The translations under genes were made by a program, and so were the position numbers. The notes under the pieces were generated by a model. The model saw nothing but the letters and a program-made list of their open reading frames with translations. It did not search any database and had not been told where the DNA came from. 64,000 bases of DNA from Oligoflexia bacterium (lineage in GTDB: Bacteria > Bdellovibrionota > UBA1018), in the NCBI GenBank assembly GCA_023701205.1, contig JAMPXJ010000012.1:8797-72796 (forward strand). The letters run 5' to 3'. Below, in pieces: positions 27,522-37,721 of the stretch. Position 1 is the first letter of the stretch. The number at the start of each line of letters is the position of its first letter.

Positions 27522-28457
27522 TCACATGGCGACCTGTATCCCGGCCGAGCCGTAGAACTCGGTCGCGATGTGGTAGTGGGCGTAATTGAGGGTCTCCTGC
27601 AGAAGCGGCGCGCCCGCTTCCAGGGCGAGGCTCGTCCCTGCGATCCCGAGCGGCAGGGTGGATTTCGCCAGGAATGTCAGGTCCCAGCTCGTCTGCGGAT
27701 GATAGTAATACTCGGTGAAAAGGTTGCGTCCGATCGTGGGATCCATTCCCTCGATAGCGCCCTTGGCCTTCGCGCTGAAGCGCAGGCTCGAGACCAGATG
27801 GCTGCCGATCAGGCTGTACTCGGTCCAGAGGTTGCCGGAATATTCGTTTCCGAAGCGATAACGGTTCTTGTTATCCGCGATCCGCAGGATCGCCTGGGCG
27901 CGGACGCCGTGGGTGAAGCGTCCGCTCGAGAAGAGATAGGTCGCCGCGGTGATCGGATCCACCGTGCCGGAGCCGATCTGCAGATTGTACCCCAGGTGCG
28001 TGGAAGGGTCGCGGGAGCTCGAGGCATCGATGGAACCGGTGGGCAGGGAGATGCCGGTCTCGAGTGCGAGCAGGTGGCCCTGCGAATACAGTACCGGCGC
28101 GCGCAGCACCAGCCGCGTGTCGGCCACGCCCCGGATCGTGTCGCTGAAGGACACACCGGTCTTGGTTACGGTTTCGAGATAGGCGCGGGTATATGAAGCC
28201 GTGGCGACCACGCTGAGCGCGGGAATGATCGTATAGGTCGCGGTCAGCACCTGAAGGTTGGCCGAGGCATCCTTGAAGCCGAACAGATCGTCGACGGCCC
28301 AGCGGCGTCCTTGGGCCTCGTAATAATAGCTCTTCAGCGAAAGCGAGAGCTTCGGCTGAACGGGGGCGCCTTGCGAGGTGTTTGAGCCGGTTTCGCAGTA
28401 AGCGGGAATGGATGCGAACAGGAAGAGTGCCAACGATACGTGAAGGAAGACGGTCAT
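27522..28457 (-). CDS. outer-membrane beta-barrel protein (transporter-like, phenol-degradation MetA-pathway family-like)
   Basis: Signal peptide MTVFLHVSLALFLFASIPAYC. Alternating amphipathic beta-strands rich in Y/T/S/G. Confidence 0.55.
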   Translation of the reverse strand: MTVFLHVSLALFLFASIPAYCETGSNTSQGAPVQPKLSLSLKSYYYEAQGRRWAVDDLFGFKDASANLQVLTATYTIIPALSVVATASYTRAYLETVTKTGVSFSDTIRGVADTRLVLRAPVLYSQGHLLALETGISLPTGSIDASSSRDPSTHLGYNLQIGSGTVDPITAATYLFSSGRFTHGVRAQAILRIADNKNRYRFGNEYSGNLWTEYSLIGSHLVSSLRFSAKAKGAIEGMDPTIGRNLFTEYYYHPQTSWDLTFLAKSTLPLGIAGTSLALEAGAPLLQETLNYAHYHIATEFYGSAGIQVAM

Positions 28458-28593
28458 GGGCGGATGGCTAGCACGTGTATTCGCGCGCAAAAAAGCGAAA
28501 TCCTCCGATGCAGGGGGTTAGGCTGGGCGCGCCCCGGGGAGGCATGGTAGGATTCCGGGAGATGACCGTAAGCATTGGCGCAGGAGGCCTCTC

Positions 28594-29865
28594 ATGACGC
28601 AAGTCGCATGGATCGATCTCATCGCAACCGTCACCTTCGCGGCGGCGATCCTGCATACCTTTCTCGTGAAACGCCTGCATGAGCTCGCGGATCGGTATCC
28701 CGCGGGATCGGTCGGGGAGAACGCCTTTCATCTTCTGGGCGAGATCGAAGTGGTATTCGGGCTTTGGGCGGGAATCTATCTCCTCGCCCGAACGTTGCTC
28801 GAGGGCGTCGCTTCGAGCATCCACTACCTGGAAGAGCGCAATTTTCTCGAGCCCGCGTTCGTTTTCGTGATCATGACCGTCTGTTCCACGCGCCCGATCC
28901 TGAAGTTCGCCGAGGCCGCCGTGGGAGTCGCCGCCCGGGTGCTTCCCTTCAAACGGCCGGTCTCTTTCTACCTGGTCGCGCTGGTGCTCGGCCCGTTGCT
29001 GGGCAGTCTGATCACCGAGCCCGCCGCGATGACGGTCACCGCGCTGATCCTCCTGGATCGCTATTACTCGAAGCGCCTGTCGGCCGGCCTGATGTATGCC
29101 ACGCTCGGGCTGCTTTTCGTGAATATCTCCATCGGCGGAACGCTGACGCCGTTCGCGGCGCCTCCGGTTCTTATGGTGGCTTCGAAATGGGACTGGGATC
29201 TCCTTTTCATGTTGAGCAACTTCGGCTGGAAAGCCGTGCTCGCCATTCTCGCGTCCACGGGCGCCGTTACGTATGTTTTCCGGGCCGAGCTCAGGAATCT
29301 TGCCTGGAACGAGCGGAAGATCGCCGACGGGATGCCTCCCGCCTGGGTGGTGATGGTGCATCTTTTTTTCCTGGCGGCGATCGTGGCCACCTCGCATTAC
29401 CTGGTGGTGTTCGTGGGCTTGTTCCTCTTTTTTCTCGGCATGGCGGCCGTCACGCGCGAATACCAGGCGGATCTCAAGCTTCGCGAGGGGCTATTGGTCG
29501 GCTTCTTTCTCGGTGGGCTGGTGGTCCTGGGGGGGCCTCAGCGCTGGTGGCTGGAACCTTTGCTGACCCGGCTCGACGACCTCGCGCTTTACCTCGGTGC
29601 CGCCGGCCTGACCGCGTTTACCGATAACGCCGCGCTGACCTATCTGGGCTCGCAGGTGCCGACGCTTTCGGAATCCTCCCGTTATTCGCTGGTGGCGGGC
29701 GCGGTAGTAGGCGGGGGCCTCACCGTGATTGCCAATGCGCCCAACCCCGCGGGGTACGGGATCCTCAACGGAGCCTTCGGCGAGGACGGCATCAGTCCGC
29801 TGATGCTCTTTCTCTATGCCTTGCCGCCGACGCTTTGCGCGGCCGTGGTCTTCTGGGTTCTCTGA
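28594..29865 (+). CDS. polytopic membrane transporter (putative Na+/H+ antiporter-like family)
   Basis: 423 aa, about 12 hydrophobic helices. Motifs TEPAAM and FTDNAAL. Family assignment tentative. Confidence 0.55.
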   Translation: MTQVAWIDLIATVTFAAAILHTFLVKRLHELADRYPAGSVGENAFHLLGEIEVVFGLWAGIYLLARTLLEGVASSIHYLEERNFLEPAFVFVIMTVCSTRPILKFAEAAVGVAARVLPFKRPVSFYLVALVLGPLLGSLITEPAAMTVTALILLDRYYSKRLSAGLMYATLGLLFVNISIGGTLTPFAAPPVLMVASKWDWDLLFMLSNFGWKAVLAILASTGAVTYVFRAELRNLAWNERKIADGMPPAWVVMVHLFFLAAIVATSHYLVVFVGLFLFFLGMAAVTREYQADLKLREGLLVGFFLGGLVVLGGPQRWWLEPLLTRLDDLALYLGAAGLTAFTDNAALTYLGSQVPTLSESSRYSLVAGAVVGGGLTVIANAPNPAGYGILNGAFGEDGISPLMLFLYALPPTLCAAVVFWVL

Positions 29866-29871
29866 GGAGCG

Positions 29872-31386
29872 TCAGCCCTCGATCAGCTTGCGGCTCCGGA
29901 GCAGATCCACCGCCGCGTCGTTGGCATAGACGCTCGGGACGAAGTTGATGAACGAGGCCAGATGCTTCATCAAGGCGTTCTCTCGTTCTACGAGGAGCGT
30001 CGGCTTGCCGGTGCGCGAAACGACCTTGATCGGATCGCGCTCCCGGTACAGGTGTTCGCGCCCGCGCTTCCTGACGATCTGCTTCATGGGGCGGGTGAAG
30101 ACCACGTCTCTTTCCGGAATGTCGGCCAGAAGCCACTCTTTGCCGCTTCCATCCTTCTCCAGCACGCGCTCGAATTGCGCCACCAAGGCACGGATTCGCG
30201 CGATCAGGCGTTCCTTCTCGCGCTCGTCGGCGTCGGAGCGAAGCAGCCGGTGCTCGAAAAGCGGATGTCGCAGGGTACGCGGCGGCCGTCGGAAAAGCAG
30301 CATTCCCGTGAGCTCGGCGATCCGTGGATCCTTGATCAGGTCCAGCTCGCGAAGCTCCTGGCAGCGGGTCATGAAGTAGGTGTCGTTCCACCAGAAAAAG
30401 CGCTCGTCGCCTTCCTGGACCATCTGAAGCAGGTCCTGGAACTGGTGGATCAGGTCTTCCTCCAGAAAGGCCTCGGCCACGTGCGAGGACATGATGTCGA
30501 ACTTGGCCGAGCCCTGGTTCTTGATCACCTGGCTGTACCAGCTGAAGCGCGCGATCAGGAAATCCTCGACCGCGTGCAAAGCGCTCTCGCGCACACCGAA
30601 GCCCAGCTGACCGGCGCCGGCATCGTAAGTGACGAGGTTGGCCAGGACGTACTCCCGGTCGAACTGGCCATATTTGATTCCCGTGTAATGGCCGTCTCGC
30701 ATGAGGTAGTCCATGCGATCCGCGTCCAGGTCCGAGTGCATCAGCATATTGGCGACGAGATACGGGGAATCGCCCTTGATGATCTTGGAGATCATCTGGA
30801 CGTCGAAGCCGAAATCCTCGAGGATCCGGGTCAGGCCGCCCTCGTACGACGTGTTTTTGATGATGAACGAGCCCAGGTGCTCGTGCGAGTTGGGCAGAGC
30901 CTTGAGGGCGCGCGCCGAGGCCGCATTGGCCTTCTGGTCCGGCCGGCTCCGGGTGTCGTTGCCATGCCGGATATAGGCGTACTCGATGGCATGCGAGAAG
31001 GGAAAGGTCCCGATATCGTGCAGCAGCGCGGAGATCCTCAGGCTCTTGTGCAGCATCGCCTCGGGGCTTCGGGCGCGAGGATCGAAAAGCTCCGACTCAG
31101 GCACGGCCAGTCCCAGCGCGCGGAGCATCTGTTCCATCGAATGCATCACGCCGATCGCGTGCGCGAAGCGGTTATGCTCGGCGCCCGGAAAGATGTAGTT
31201 GGCGAAGCCCAGCTGCTTGATCCAGCGCAGGCGCTGGAAAAAAGGCGAGTTGATGATCTGCTCTTCCCATTCCGTGATCGGCACGAAGCCATACATCACG
31301 TCATAGATCGCCCGGGCGTGGCGGCCCTGCAGGTCCTTCGGGCTGATCAAGCTACGCTTTCCTCGGCTGGCGCGGAATCGACTCAA
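29872..31386 (-). CDS. HD-domain dNTP triphosphohydrolase-like protein (dGTPase family)
   Basis: N-terminal SPFFQRLRWIKQLG...HNRFAHAIGV and HD motif LLHDIGTFPFSH. 504 aa. Confidence 0.8.
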   Translation of the reverse strand: MSRFRASRGKRSLISPKDLQGRHARAIYDVMYGFVPITEWEEQIINSPFFQRLRWIKQLGFANYIFPGAEHNRFAHAIGVMHSMEQMLRALGLAVPESELFDPRARSPEAMLHKSLRISALLHDIGTFPFSHAIEYAYIRHGNDTRSRPDQKANAASARALKALPNSHEHLGSFIIKNTSYEGGLTRILEDFGFDVQMISKIIKGDSPYLVANMLMHSDLDADRMDYLMRDGHYTGIKYGQFDREYVLANLVTYDAGAGQLGFGVRESALHAVEDFLIARFSWYSQVIKNQGSAKFDIMSSHVAEAFLEEDLIHQFQDLLQMVQEGDERFFWWNDTYFMTRCQELRELDLIKDPRIAELTGMLLFRRPPRTLRHPLFEHRLLRSDADEREKERLIARIRALVAQFERVLEKDGSGKEWLLADIPERDVVFTRPMKQIVRKRGREHLYRERDPIKVVSRTGKPTLLVERENALMKHLASFINFVPSVYANDAAVDLLRSRKLIEG

Positions 31387-33142
31387 GCTCCGCGAACATG
31401 GTCAGCAGCTCGTCCTGGGTCATCACTTTCGACTCGCGCTCGCCGTACTTGCGCACGGCGAACTGGTTGCCCTGCATCTCGCGGTCGCCCGCGACCAGCG
31501 AGAAGGGGATCTTGGCCGTCTGCGCTTCGCGGGTCTTGAGACCCATGGATTCGTTGCGGTCATCCAGGTCGACCCGATAGCCCACTCCCTTGAGCTTCGA
31601 CAGGAACTCCGCGCAGTAGGCGTTGTGGGAATCCTTGATCGGCACCAGCCGCGCCTGCACCGGAGCGAGCCAGAACGGGAACGCGCCGCCGAGGTGCTCG
31701 GTGAGCACGCCGATGAAGCGCTCGAGCGATCCCAGCACCGCGCGGTGGACCATGACCGGGCGCTGAGCCGTGTTGTCAGCCGCGGTGTAAGTCAGGTCGA
31801 AGCGCTCAGGCAGGTTGAAATCGAGCTGGATCGTCGAAAGCTGCCACGGGCGCTTGAGCGCGTCCTTGACGATGAAGTCGATCTTCGGCCCGTAAAACGC
31901 GCCGTCGCCGGGGTTGATCTTGTAGGGGCGGCCGAGCTTGTCGAGTGTTGCCCGCAGGCCGGCTTCGGCCTTGTCCCAGAGCGCGTCCGAGCCGACGCGC
32001 TTCTCGGGCCGGGTGGAGAGGAAGATCTGCATGTCCGAAAAGCCGAAGAGGTCGAGCGTCCGGAAGACCATTTCCACGACCTTGAGGATCTCGGTCTCGA
32101 TCTGCTCGGGCGTACAGAAGACGTGCGCATCGTCCTGGCAGAAGGTCCGCACGCGAGTGAGTCCGTGGGTGACCCCGGATTTCTCGTAGCGATGCAGGCG
32201 GCCGAAGTCCGCGTACCGAAGCGGCAGGTCGCGGTAGGAGTGCTTGAGCGTGCCGAAAAGGACGCAGTGGCTCGGGCAGTTCATGGGCTTCAGCCCGTAC
32301 TCGCGGTCCTCGACCTTCGTGAAATACATGCTCTCGACGTAATTGTCGTAGTGGCCCGAGGTTTTCCAAAGCGACACGTCCATCACTTGAGGCGTGATCA
32401 CCTCGGAGTACTCGTAGGGGACATAGAGATCCCGGATGTACTGGATGAGGCGGTTATAGACGATTGCCCCCTTGGGGTAGAAGAAAGGCGAGGCCGGGGA
32501 TTCCGGCAGGAAGGTGAAGAGCTCCAGCTCCTTGCCTAGCTTCCGATGGTCGCGTTTTTTGGCCTCTTCGAGCAGGTGCAGATACTCGTCGAGCTCGGCT
32601 TTGGAAGTGAAGGCCGTGCCGTAGATCCGCTGGAGCTGGGGGTTTTTCTCGTTGCCGCGCCAGTAGGCGCCGGCAAGCGAGAGGAGCTTGAACGCCTTGA
32701 TGTCGCCGGTTTTCTTCACGTGGGGGCCGCGACACAGATCGACGAAGTCTCCCTCTTTATAAGAGCTGACCGTCGTGGCTCCGGTGCTGTCGCGCAAGGT
32801 CTCGATGATCTCGATCTTGAACGGCTGGTTGAGATTCCCGAAAAGCGACAGCCCCTCTGCGATCGAATGCTCGGCCCGAACGAACTCCTGGTTGGCTTTG
32901 ATGAGCTTCGCCATCTCAGCTTCGATCCGGGGAAGATCCTCGGGCGTGAGCTTCACGTCGAGATCGACGTCGTAGAAAAAGCCGTTCTCGACGGTCGGTC
33001 CGATGCCGAACTTGGCCTGCGGCCAAAGACGCTGGATGGCGTGGGCCATGACGTGCGCGCAGGAATGGCGCATCGTATCCACCTCGGAGTGGATTTCCGG
33101 TTCCTCGAAATCAGCAACGCTCGCGGGATTCTCTTTAGCCAT
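31352..33142 (-). CDS. thrS: threonine--tRNA ligase lacking the N-terminal TGS domain
   Basis: Editing-domain motif MRHSCAHVMAHAIQRLWP, class II catalytic core and anticodon-binding domain. Start chosen at MAKENPAS. 35-nt codirectional overlap with downstream HD gene. Confidence 0.9.
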   Translation of the reverse strand: MAKENPASVADFEEPEIHSEVDTMRHSCAHVMAHAIQRLWPQAKFGIGPTVENGFFYDVDLDVKLTPEDLPRIEAEMAKLIKANQEFVRAEHSIAEGLSLFGNLNQPFKIEIIETLRDSTGATTVSSYKEGDFVDLCRGPHVKKTGDIKAFKLLSLAGAYWRGNEKNPQLQRIYGTAFTSKAELDEYLHLLEEAKKRDHRKLGKELELFTFLPESPASPFFYPKGAIVYNRLIQYIRDLYVPYEYSEVITPQVMDVSLWKTSGHYDNYVESMYFTKVEDREYGLKPMNCPSHCVLFGTLKHSYRDLPLRYADFGRLHRYEKSGVTHGLTRVRTFCQDDAHVFCTPEQIETEILKVVEMVFRTLDLFGFSDMQIFLSTRPEKRVGSDALWDKAEAGLRATLDKLGRPYKINPGDGAFYGPKIDFIVKDALKRPWQLSTIQLDFNLPERFDLTYTAADNTAQRPVMVHRAVLGSLERFIGVLTEHLGGAFPFWLAPVQARLVPIKDSHNAYCAEFLSKLKGVGYRVDLDDRNESMGLKTREAQTAKIPFSLVAGDREMQGNQFAVRKYGERESKVMTQDELLTMFAELESIPRQPRKA

Positions 33143-33339
33143 AGATTCGGCGAACTTAACACGAAGAATCGCCCCGAAGCAAACCTCGCCTGCGCTCCGG
33201 TTCATCCGGCGTCCGAAAAACCTCGGCGAGAACCACGACCCAAGCTGAAAACCTCCTCATTTGCAGTGGAGCTGGTCCGCCAATTGCTCTCCCGCCGCGG
33301 TGCGGCTGCATGCCGAATATCCTGGGGAGAGCAAAGGCA

Positions 33340-34668
33340 ATGAGAATTTTAGGTGTCGGGTTGGTATTGGTGACGATGACGATCGCAATGGCCGGGTGCT
33401 TGGTGGGAGGGAAGAAAGGAGGATCAACTCGCAATCCCAGCGAGGCTCCCGCTGGCGATTCCCGAGAAATCGATTTCCGGAAGTTCGGACTTCGGGTGCT
33501 TCCGGCCGGGGACGATCCGCATGTCCCGTCCGGAAATGGGGCAGCAGACGCGCTGGCTGATGTCTCGGTCGCAGCGGGGGAGATCACTTTCAAAAAGAGC
33601 ATCGCACTGCCGGAGCCAGGCAAGTCACGCCTCTTTCTTGTCTGGGATGAGGATGCCCTTGGTTCCAGCATCCACAATGCCCATTATACTCACCGGATCC
33701 TGGATTCCCGGAATCGCCCGAAAGGGGAGCCTTCGCGCGAGGGGGTTTCCTATGATTCCACCCATCGGCGCTGGTTCATTCCGCTCGCCGCCCTTCTTCC
33801 CGGCGGAGAGATGGATGCGGATCCAGCGGATTCCCAGCTGCTTACGCTCGATCTGCAGCACTCCGACGGGCGCAGGACGCAAGTCGAGCTGCGGTTCAAG
33901 CTGGTGGGTCCTTTACCCCTGATTCAGAGCCGCATCAGAGTCGAAAGCATTCAGGGGACTGCCAAGCAATGGATGAAGGAGATTGCAAGTGCTGGCTGGG
34001 TGCTGGCGACGGAGGAGTTTCGGAATCCTTCCCAGCGGGCGGTCGAGCTTTGGCTGCGGAAGGATGGCGCGAACCGGTTTGACGTAATTTCCACTTTGGC
34101 GAATTCCTTTCATACCCAGGTGGGCAATGCGCCGCCCTCAGGGCCCTTCGTCAGGGACTTCTGGTCAAAAGGAGCGCTCTTCCTGACGGCCGCACGGATT
34201 CTGCGGAGCGAAGGTGCGGAGGAGCTGGCGCTGGCCACCGGTGAGCGCTCCTGGATCCGGGTGCTGCTGCGGCCTCAGGAGCGGATCGCGGTCGAATGGA
34301 AGGTGAGCGCGCTTCCTGATGCGACGGTTTGCCCTTGGCCCGTCGGAGAGGATCGCCTGTTTTCCTGGACGGTGATCCAGCATTCTACGAGGCCTTGTCC
34401 TGGAGGCTCCTGCACGATCAACTGGGATCAGCTCATACCCGTGAGCCAGGTCATGCGCGAGGGATGGGCTTACGAAGGCGTTCGCTTGGAAGGGACCCTC
34501 TCGCGAGAAGCGATGGTTTCGGAAGTTTCGCTTTCCTCAGAGGAGGTTCATGCCGGCCGGGGTTCCTTGAAGCTTGCTCCGCTCAGTGTGCCGGTGGGTC
34601 TCGGTGCTGAGCGCGCGATGCAGGAGTTCCCTGAAGATCAGGCCTGGAGCTGCATGGGTTTGTTTTGA
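33340..34668 (+). CDS. hypothetical lipoprotein (~443 aa)
   Basis: GGAGAG RBS. Lipobox MRILGVGLVLVTMTIAMAGC. No recognisable domain. Confidence 0.55.
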   Translation: MRILGVGLVLVTMTIAMAGCLVGGKKGGSTRNPSEAPAGDSREIDFRKFGLRVLPAGDDPHVPSGNGAADALADVSVAAGEITFKKSIALPEPGKSRLFLVWDEDALGSSIHNAHYTHRILDSRNRPKGEPSREGVSYDSTHRRWFIPLAALLPGGEMDADPADSQLLTLDLQHSDGRRTQVELRFKLVGPLPLIQSRIRVESIQGTAKQWMKEIASAGWVLATEEFRNPSQRAVELWLRKDGANRFDVISTLANSFHTQVGNAPPSGPFVRDFWSKGALFLTAARILRSEGAEELALATGERSWIRVLLRPQERIAVEWKVSALPDATVCPWPVGEDRLFSWTVIQHSTRPCPGGSCTINWDQLIPVSQVMREGWAYEGVRLEGTLSREAMVSEVSLSSEEVHAGRGSLKLAPLSVPVGLGAERAMQEFPEDQAWSCMGLF

Positions 34669-34702
34669 CGACAGCCCTCGGGGTATGCGAGAAGGCTGGG
34701 CG

Positions 34703-35182
34703 ATGGAATCCACCTTCAGCCTTCGCCCGGCCGTAGAGGACGACCTTTCCAAGGTCATCGAGATCGAAAACCAGGTTCATGTCGCGCCGTGGACTCTGGA
34801 TCATTTCAAGTCCGAGCTGGAGAAGCCTTACAGCCAGGTTCTGGTGATGACCGATGATGACACCGATTCGATCGTCGCCGGGTATATCGTTTTCTGGGTC
34901 ATGGGAGAGGAGGCGCATATCCTGAATGTGGCCGTCGGTCTGCCGCACCGGAGCAAAGGCATGGCCCGGCAAATGATTCAGCGGGCTGTCTCGACGGCTC
35001 TCGGCAAAGGGTGCAAGAAGGTGATCCTCGAAGTCCGGAAATCCAATATGGCGGCGATCCAGCTCTATCAAAGCGCGAATTTCACGATCGTTCATGTCCG
35101 AAAAGGGGCCTATTCCAATGGCGAAGACGCCTATGAAATGGCCCTGTTTTTGGATGATGAGCAGGCACCCGTTCGCTTTTGA
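34703..35182 (+). CDS. rimI: GNAT N-acetyltransferase, RimI-like (ribosomal-protein-alanine acetyltransferase)
   Basis: Collinear with RimI: HVAPWTL...ILNVAVGLPHRSKGMARQMI...ILEVRKSNMAAIQLYQSANF. Confidence 0.7.
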   Translation: MESTFSLRPAVEDDLSKVIEIENQVHVAPWTLDHFKSELEKPYSQVLVMTDDDTDSIVAGYIVFWVMGEEAHILNVAVGLPHRSKGMARQMIQRAVSTALGKGCKKVILEVRKSNMAAIQLYQSANFTIVHVRKGAYSNGEDAYEMALFLDDEQAPVRF

Positions 35183-35275
35183 GGGGTGATCCGCCGATTC
35201 TAAAGGGATTCTGAAGGTCGGAAAATGCGCCTTTACAATGGGCGGGCCGCCTGGATAAGGTCCCGGCCGCTGTAT

Positions 35276-35962
35276 ATGAGATTTCTTCAGCTGACTTTCA
35301 GACGATCGGTACTCATCGGCTGCTTTGGCATCAGCCTGGTCGCCGGCATGCTGGGAGCCGATCCCTCCGACGATTTCAGCTTCTCGCTCCACTCCCTGGA
35401 GACCGCTTCTTATCGGACAATGTCGGAACACCGGGCCGCTCAAATCCTGGGTGATCGGCTCGACCTCTTCCCGCAGTCAAAGGTTCCGGAGCTCGCGCGC
35501 CATATCGTCTCGTTATGCCAGGAGTTTCAATTCGATCCGGCTTTTATCTTTTCCCTGATCGAGGTGGAGAGCGGATTCCGGATCAGGGTGCATTCTCCGG
35601 CTGGCGCGGTCGGCTTGATGCAGTTGATGCCAGCGACGGCAGCCGTGATATCCCGCGAACGGCGGCCCGAGTACACTCGCCGGCTCGCCACACCCGGTGT
35701 CGGCGAAATGATGCTCACAGATCCCTTTCTCAATACCGAGCTCGGGATCGCTTATCTGGCCTGGCTGCGAGATCGCTACAGGGATCTCTCGCCCTACTAT
35801 CTGGTCGCCGCTTACAATATCGGTCCCGCGAAATTGGATCAGCTTCTCTCGCGAAAAGATTTCAAACCTGTTAATACCAAACGATATTACGAAGCGATCC
35901 GCAAGGGCTTGCCCGGATTCCGTTTTTACCGCTCAAATGCTTCTTTGAGCCGAAAAGCGTAA
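35276..35962 (+). CDS. lytic transglycosylase (SLT domain) protein
   Basis: Signal peptide. Motifs EVESGF, GLMQLMPATA, AAYNIGP. Confidence 0.75.
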   Translation: MRFLQLTFRRSVLIGCFGISLVAGMLGADPSDDFSFSLHSLETASYRTMSEHRAAQILGDRLDLFPQSKVPELARHIVSLCQEFQFDPAFIFSLIEVESGFRIRVHSPAGAVGLMQLMPATAAVISRERRPEYTRRLATPGVGEMMLTDPFLNTELGIAYLAWLRDRYRDLSPYYLVAAYNIGPAKLDQLLSRKDFKPVNTKRYYEAIRKGLPGFRFYRSNASLSRKA

Positions 35963-36058
35963 TGCCCGGTGGTTTCCAGGGAGGACGCAAGCGCAGCCGA
36001 GAGCCTGGGCATCTGAGTGCCTGAGCATCCGAGCGCCCGCGAAGATTTTGGGGTAATT

Positions 36059-36445
36059 ATGTTCGAACTGAGAGTGAAATTGGATTTCCCGGCGGCTCAC
36101 CATTTGGAGGGCTATCCGGGCGATTGTGCCCGTCCTCACGGACACAATTGGGGTTTGGAGGTCTTCGCGCGATCGACGCGTCTGGATTCGATCGGAATGG
36201 CAATGGACTTCCGGGATCTGAAGGCGGCCGCCAAGGAGCTGGTCGCGCCATGGGATCACCAGGATCTGAATGCTCTGCCGGATTTCAAGGAAATGAACCC
36301 CTCGGCCGAAGCGATCGCGAAGCTCGCTTACGATCGGCTTTCCAGGCGCCTCGATAACGCTCAGACCTGGGTCGAGCGGGTTACGGTTTGGGAAAACGAC
36401 CGCTGCTGGGCCAGCTACTTCGATCCGGAGAAGAGGCGTGCGTAA
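36059..36445 (+). CDS. queD: 6-carboxy-5,6,7,8-tetrahydropterin synthase
   Basis: MFELRVKLDFPAAHHLEGYPGDCARPHGHNW (CxxxHGH zinc site). Confidence 0.85.
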   Translation: MFELRVKLDFPAAHHLEGYPGDCARPHGHNWGLEVFARSTRLDSIGMAMDFRDLKAAAKELVAPWDHQDLNALPDFKEMNPSAEAIAKLAYDRLSRRLDNAQTWVERVTVWENDRCWASYFDPEKRRA

Positions 36446-37100
36446 GTCTTCGGTCATTCTGCTTTCGGGGGGGCTGGATTCGGCTGCGAACCTGGCTTTT
36501 TGCGCGGAGCGTGACGAGCCGGTACTGGCGCTGACGGTGCTCTACGGCCAACGTTCGGCGGAAAACGAGCTCAGGGCGGCACGGGAGCTCAGCTCCTGCT
36601 ACGGAGTGCGGCACGAGGTGGTCGACCTGCGTTGGCTCGGCGCCTTCGGAGGAAGCGCATTGACGGACGTGCGTCGCGACATCCCGGATCCGGGGGGCGA
36701 GCGGCTTGATGATCTTTCAGTGACACGAAGGACGGCCGCAGCAGTATGGGTACCCAATCGAAACGGAGTCTTCGTCAATGTTGCAGCTGCCTTTGCGGAG
36801 AGGCTCGGAGCCGTGCGGGTGGTGGTCGGCTTCAATCGTGAGGAGGCCGCGACGTTTCCGGACAACTCCGAAGAGTTCCTGAAAGAGACGACGCGCGCGT
36901 TGTCGTTCTCGACCGCCAATCGCGTCGAGCTCTTCTCTTATACTACGCGGATGAATAAACGCGAGATCGTCGCGGCGCTTCGGGGGCTCGCGCGCCCTTT
37001 TCCGTTCGAGAGCATCTGGAGCTGTTATGCCGGCGGCGAACGACCGTGCGGGGCCTGCGAGTCCTGTCGGAGACTCAAACGTGCTTTGGAGGTTTCATGA
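36438..37100 (+). CDS. queC: 7-cyano-7-deazaguanine synthase
   Basis: PP-loop ILLSGGLDSA and C-terminal Zn cluster CGACESCRRL. Confidence 0.9.
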   Translation: MRKSSVILLSGGLDSAANLAFCAERDEPVLALTVLYGQRSAENELRAARELSSCYGVRHEVVDLRWLGAFGGSALTDVRRDIPDPGGERLDDLSVTRRTAAAVWVPNRNGVFVNVAAAFAERLGAVRVVVGFNREEAATFPDNSEEFLKETTRALSFSTANRVELFSYTTRMNKREIVAALRGLARPFPFESIWSCYAGGERPCGACESCRRLKRALEVS

Positions 37101-37687
37101 GGATTTCCACGGTTTTCTCGAAGCAGGAACGGGCTTACACGGGCGAGGAGCTTCGTCCGCATTTCCTGCTGACGGAGCTCGGCCTCAAGGGCTCGGGAAT
37201 CGGTGCTTTCGTAGGCGCCTGCCGGGTGCGCACCGAGCACCTCGTGGACTGGGAAGACCGGTTGGCAGCCGATCGGATTGAGGCGCGCTGGATGGTGCAT
37301 TTCATCGGGGAGTTTTTCGGAGCCTCGGGACTCCGGGAAGGCGTGCTGCTGCAGCGGCTTTTCATGTCGATTCTTTGCGACGAGATCAATGCGCGCCTGC
37401 TGGGGAGCGGCGCGGGCGAGCTTTGCCGGCGCGATGGCGATGATCTGTTCTTCGGAAAAGGCGCCGGGCAGCGCAAGCTCTCCGTGTCGATCGTGACCGC
37501 TTCACCGGTCTCACTGCTGCTGCATGCCGGGATCAATATCGATCCCGAAGGGGCGCCGGTGGCGGCGATCGGCCTGAATGAGATCGGAATCGTTCCGGAG
37601 GAATGGATTTCCGCGGTGCTGGCCCGCTTCGAGGAGGAGATGCGCGGGATCGACTGGGCTTGCGCCAAGGTTCGGCCGGTGCTCTAG
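37097..37687 (+). CDS. conserved hypothetical protein, DUF366-like, translationally coupled to queC
   Basis: ATGA overlap with queC stop, 196 aa. Family assignment from memory of DUF366 linkage to 7-deazaguanine genes; not verifiable here. Confidence 0.4.
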   Translation: MRISTVFSKQERAYTGEELRPHFLLTELGLKGSGIGAFVGACRVRTEHLVDWEDRLAADRIEARWMVHFIGEFFGASGLREGVLLQRLFMSILCDEINARLLGSGAGELCRRDGDDLFFGKGAGQRKLSVSIVTASPVSLLLHAGINIDPEGAPVAAIGLNEIGIVPEEWISAVLARFEEEMRGIDWACAKVRPVL

Positions 37688-37721
37688 TGGTGGGAAGATG
37701 ATCGAGGGAGAGGAAGAGATC

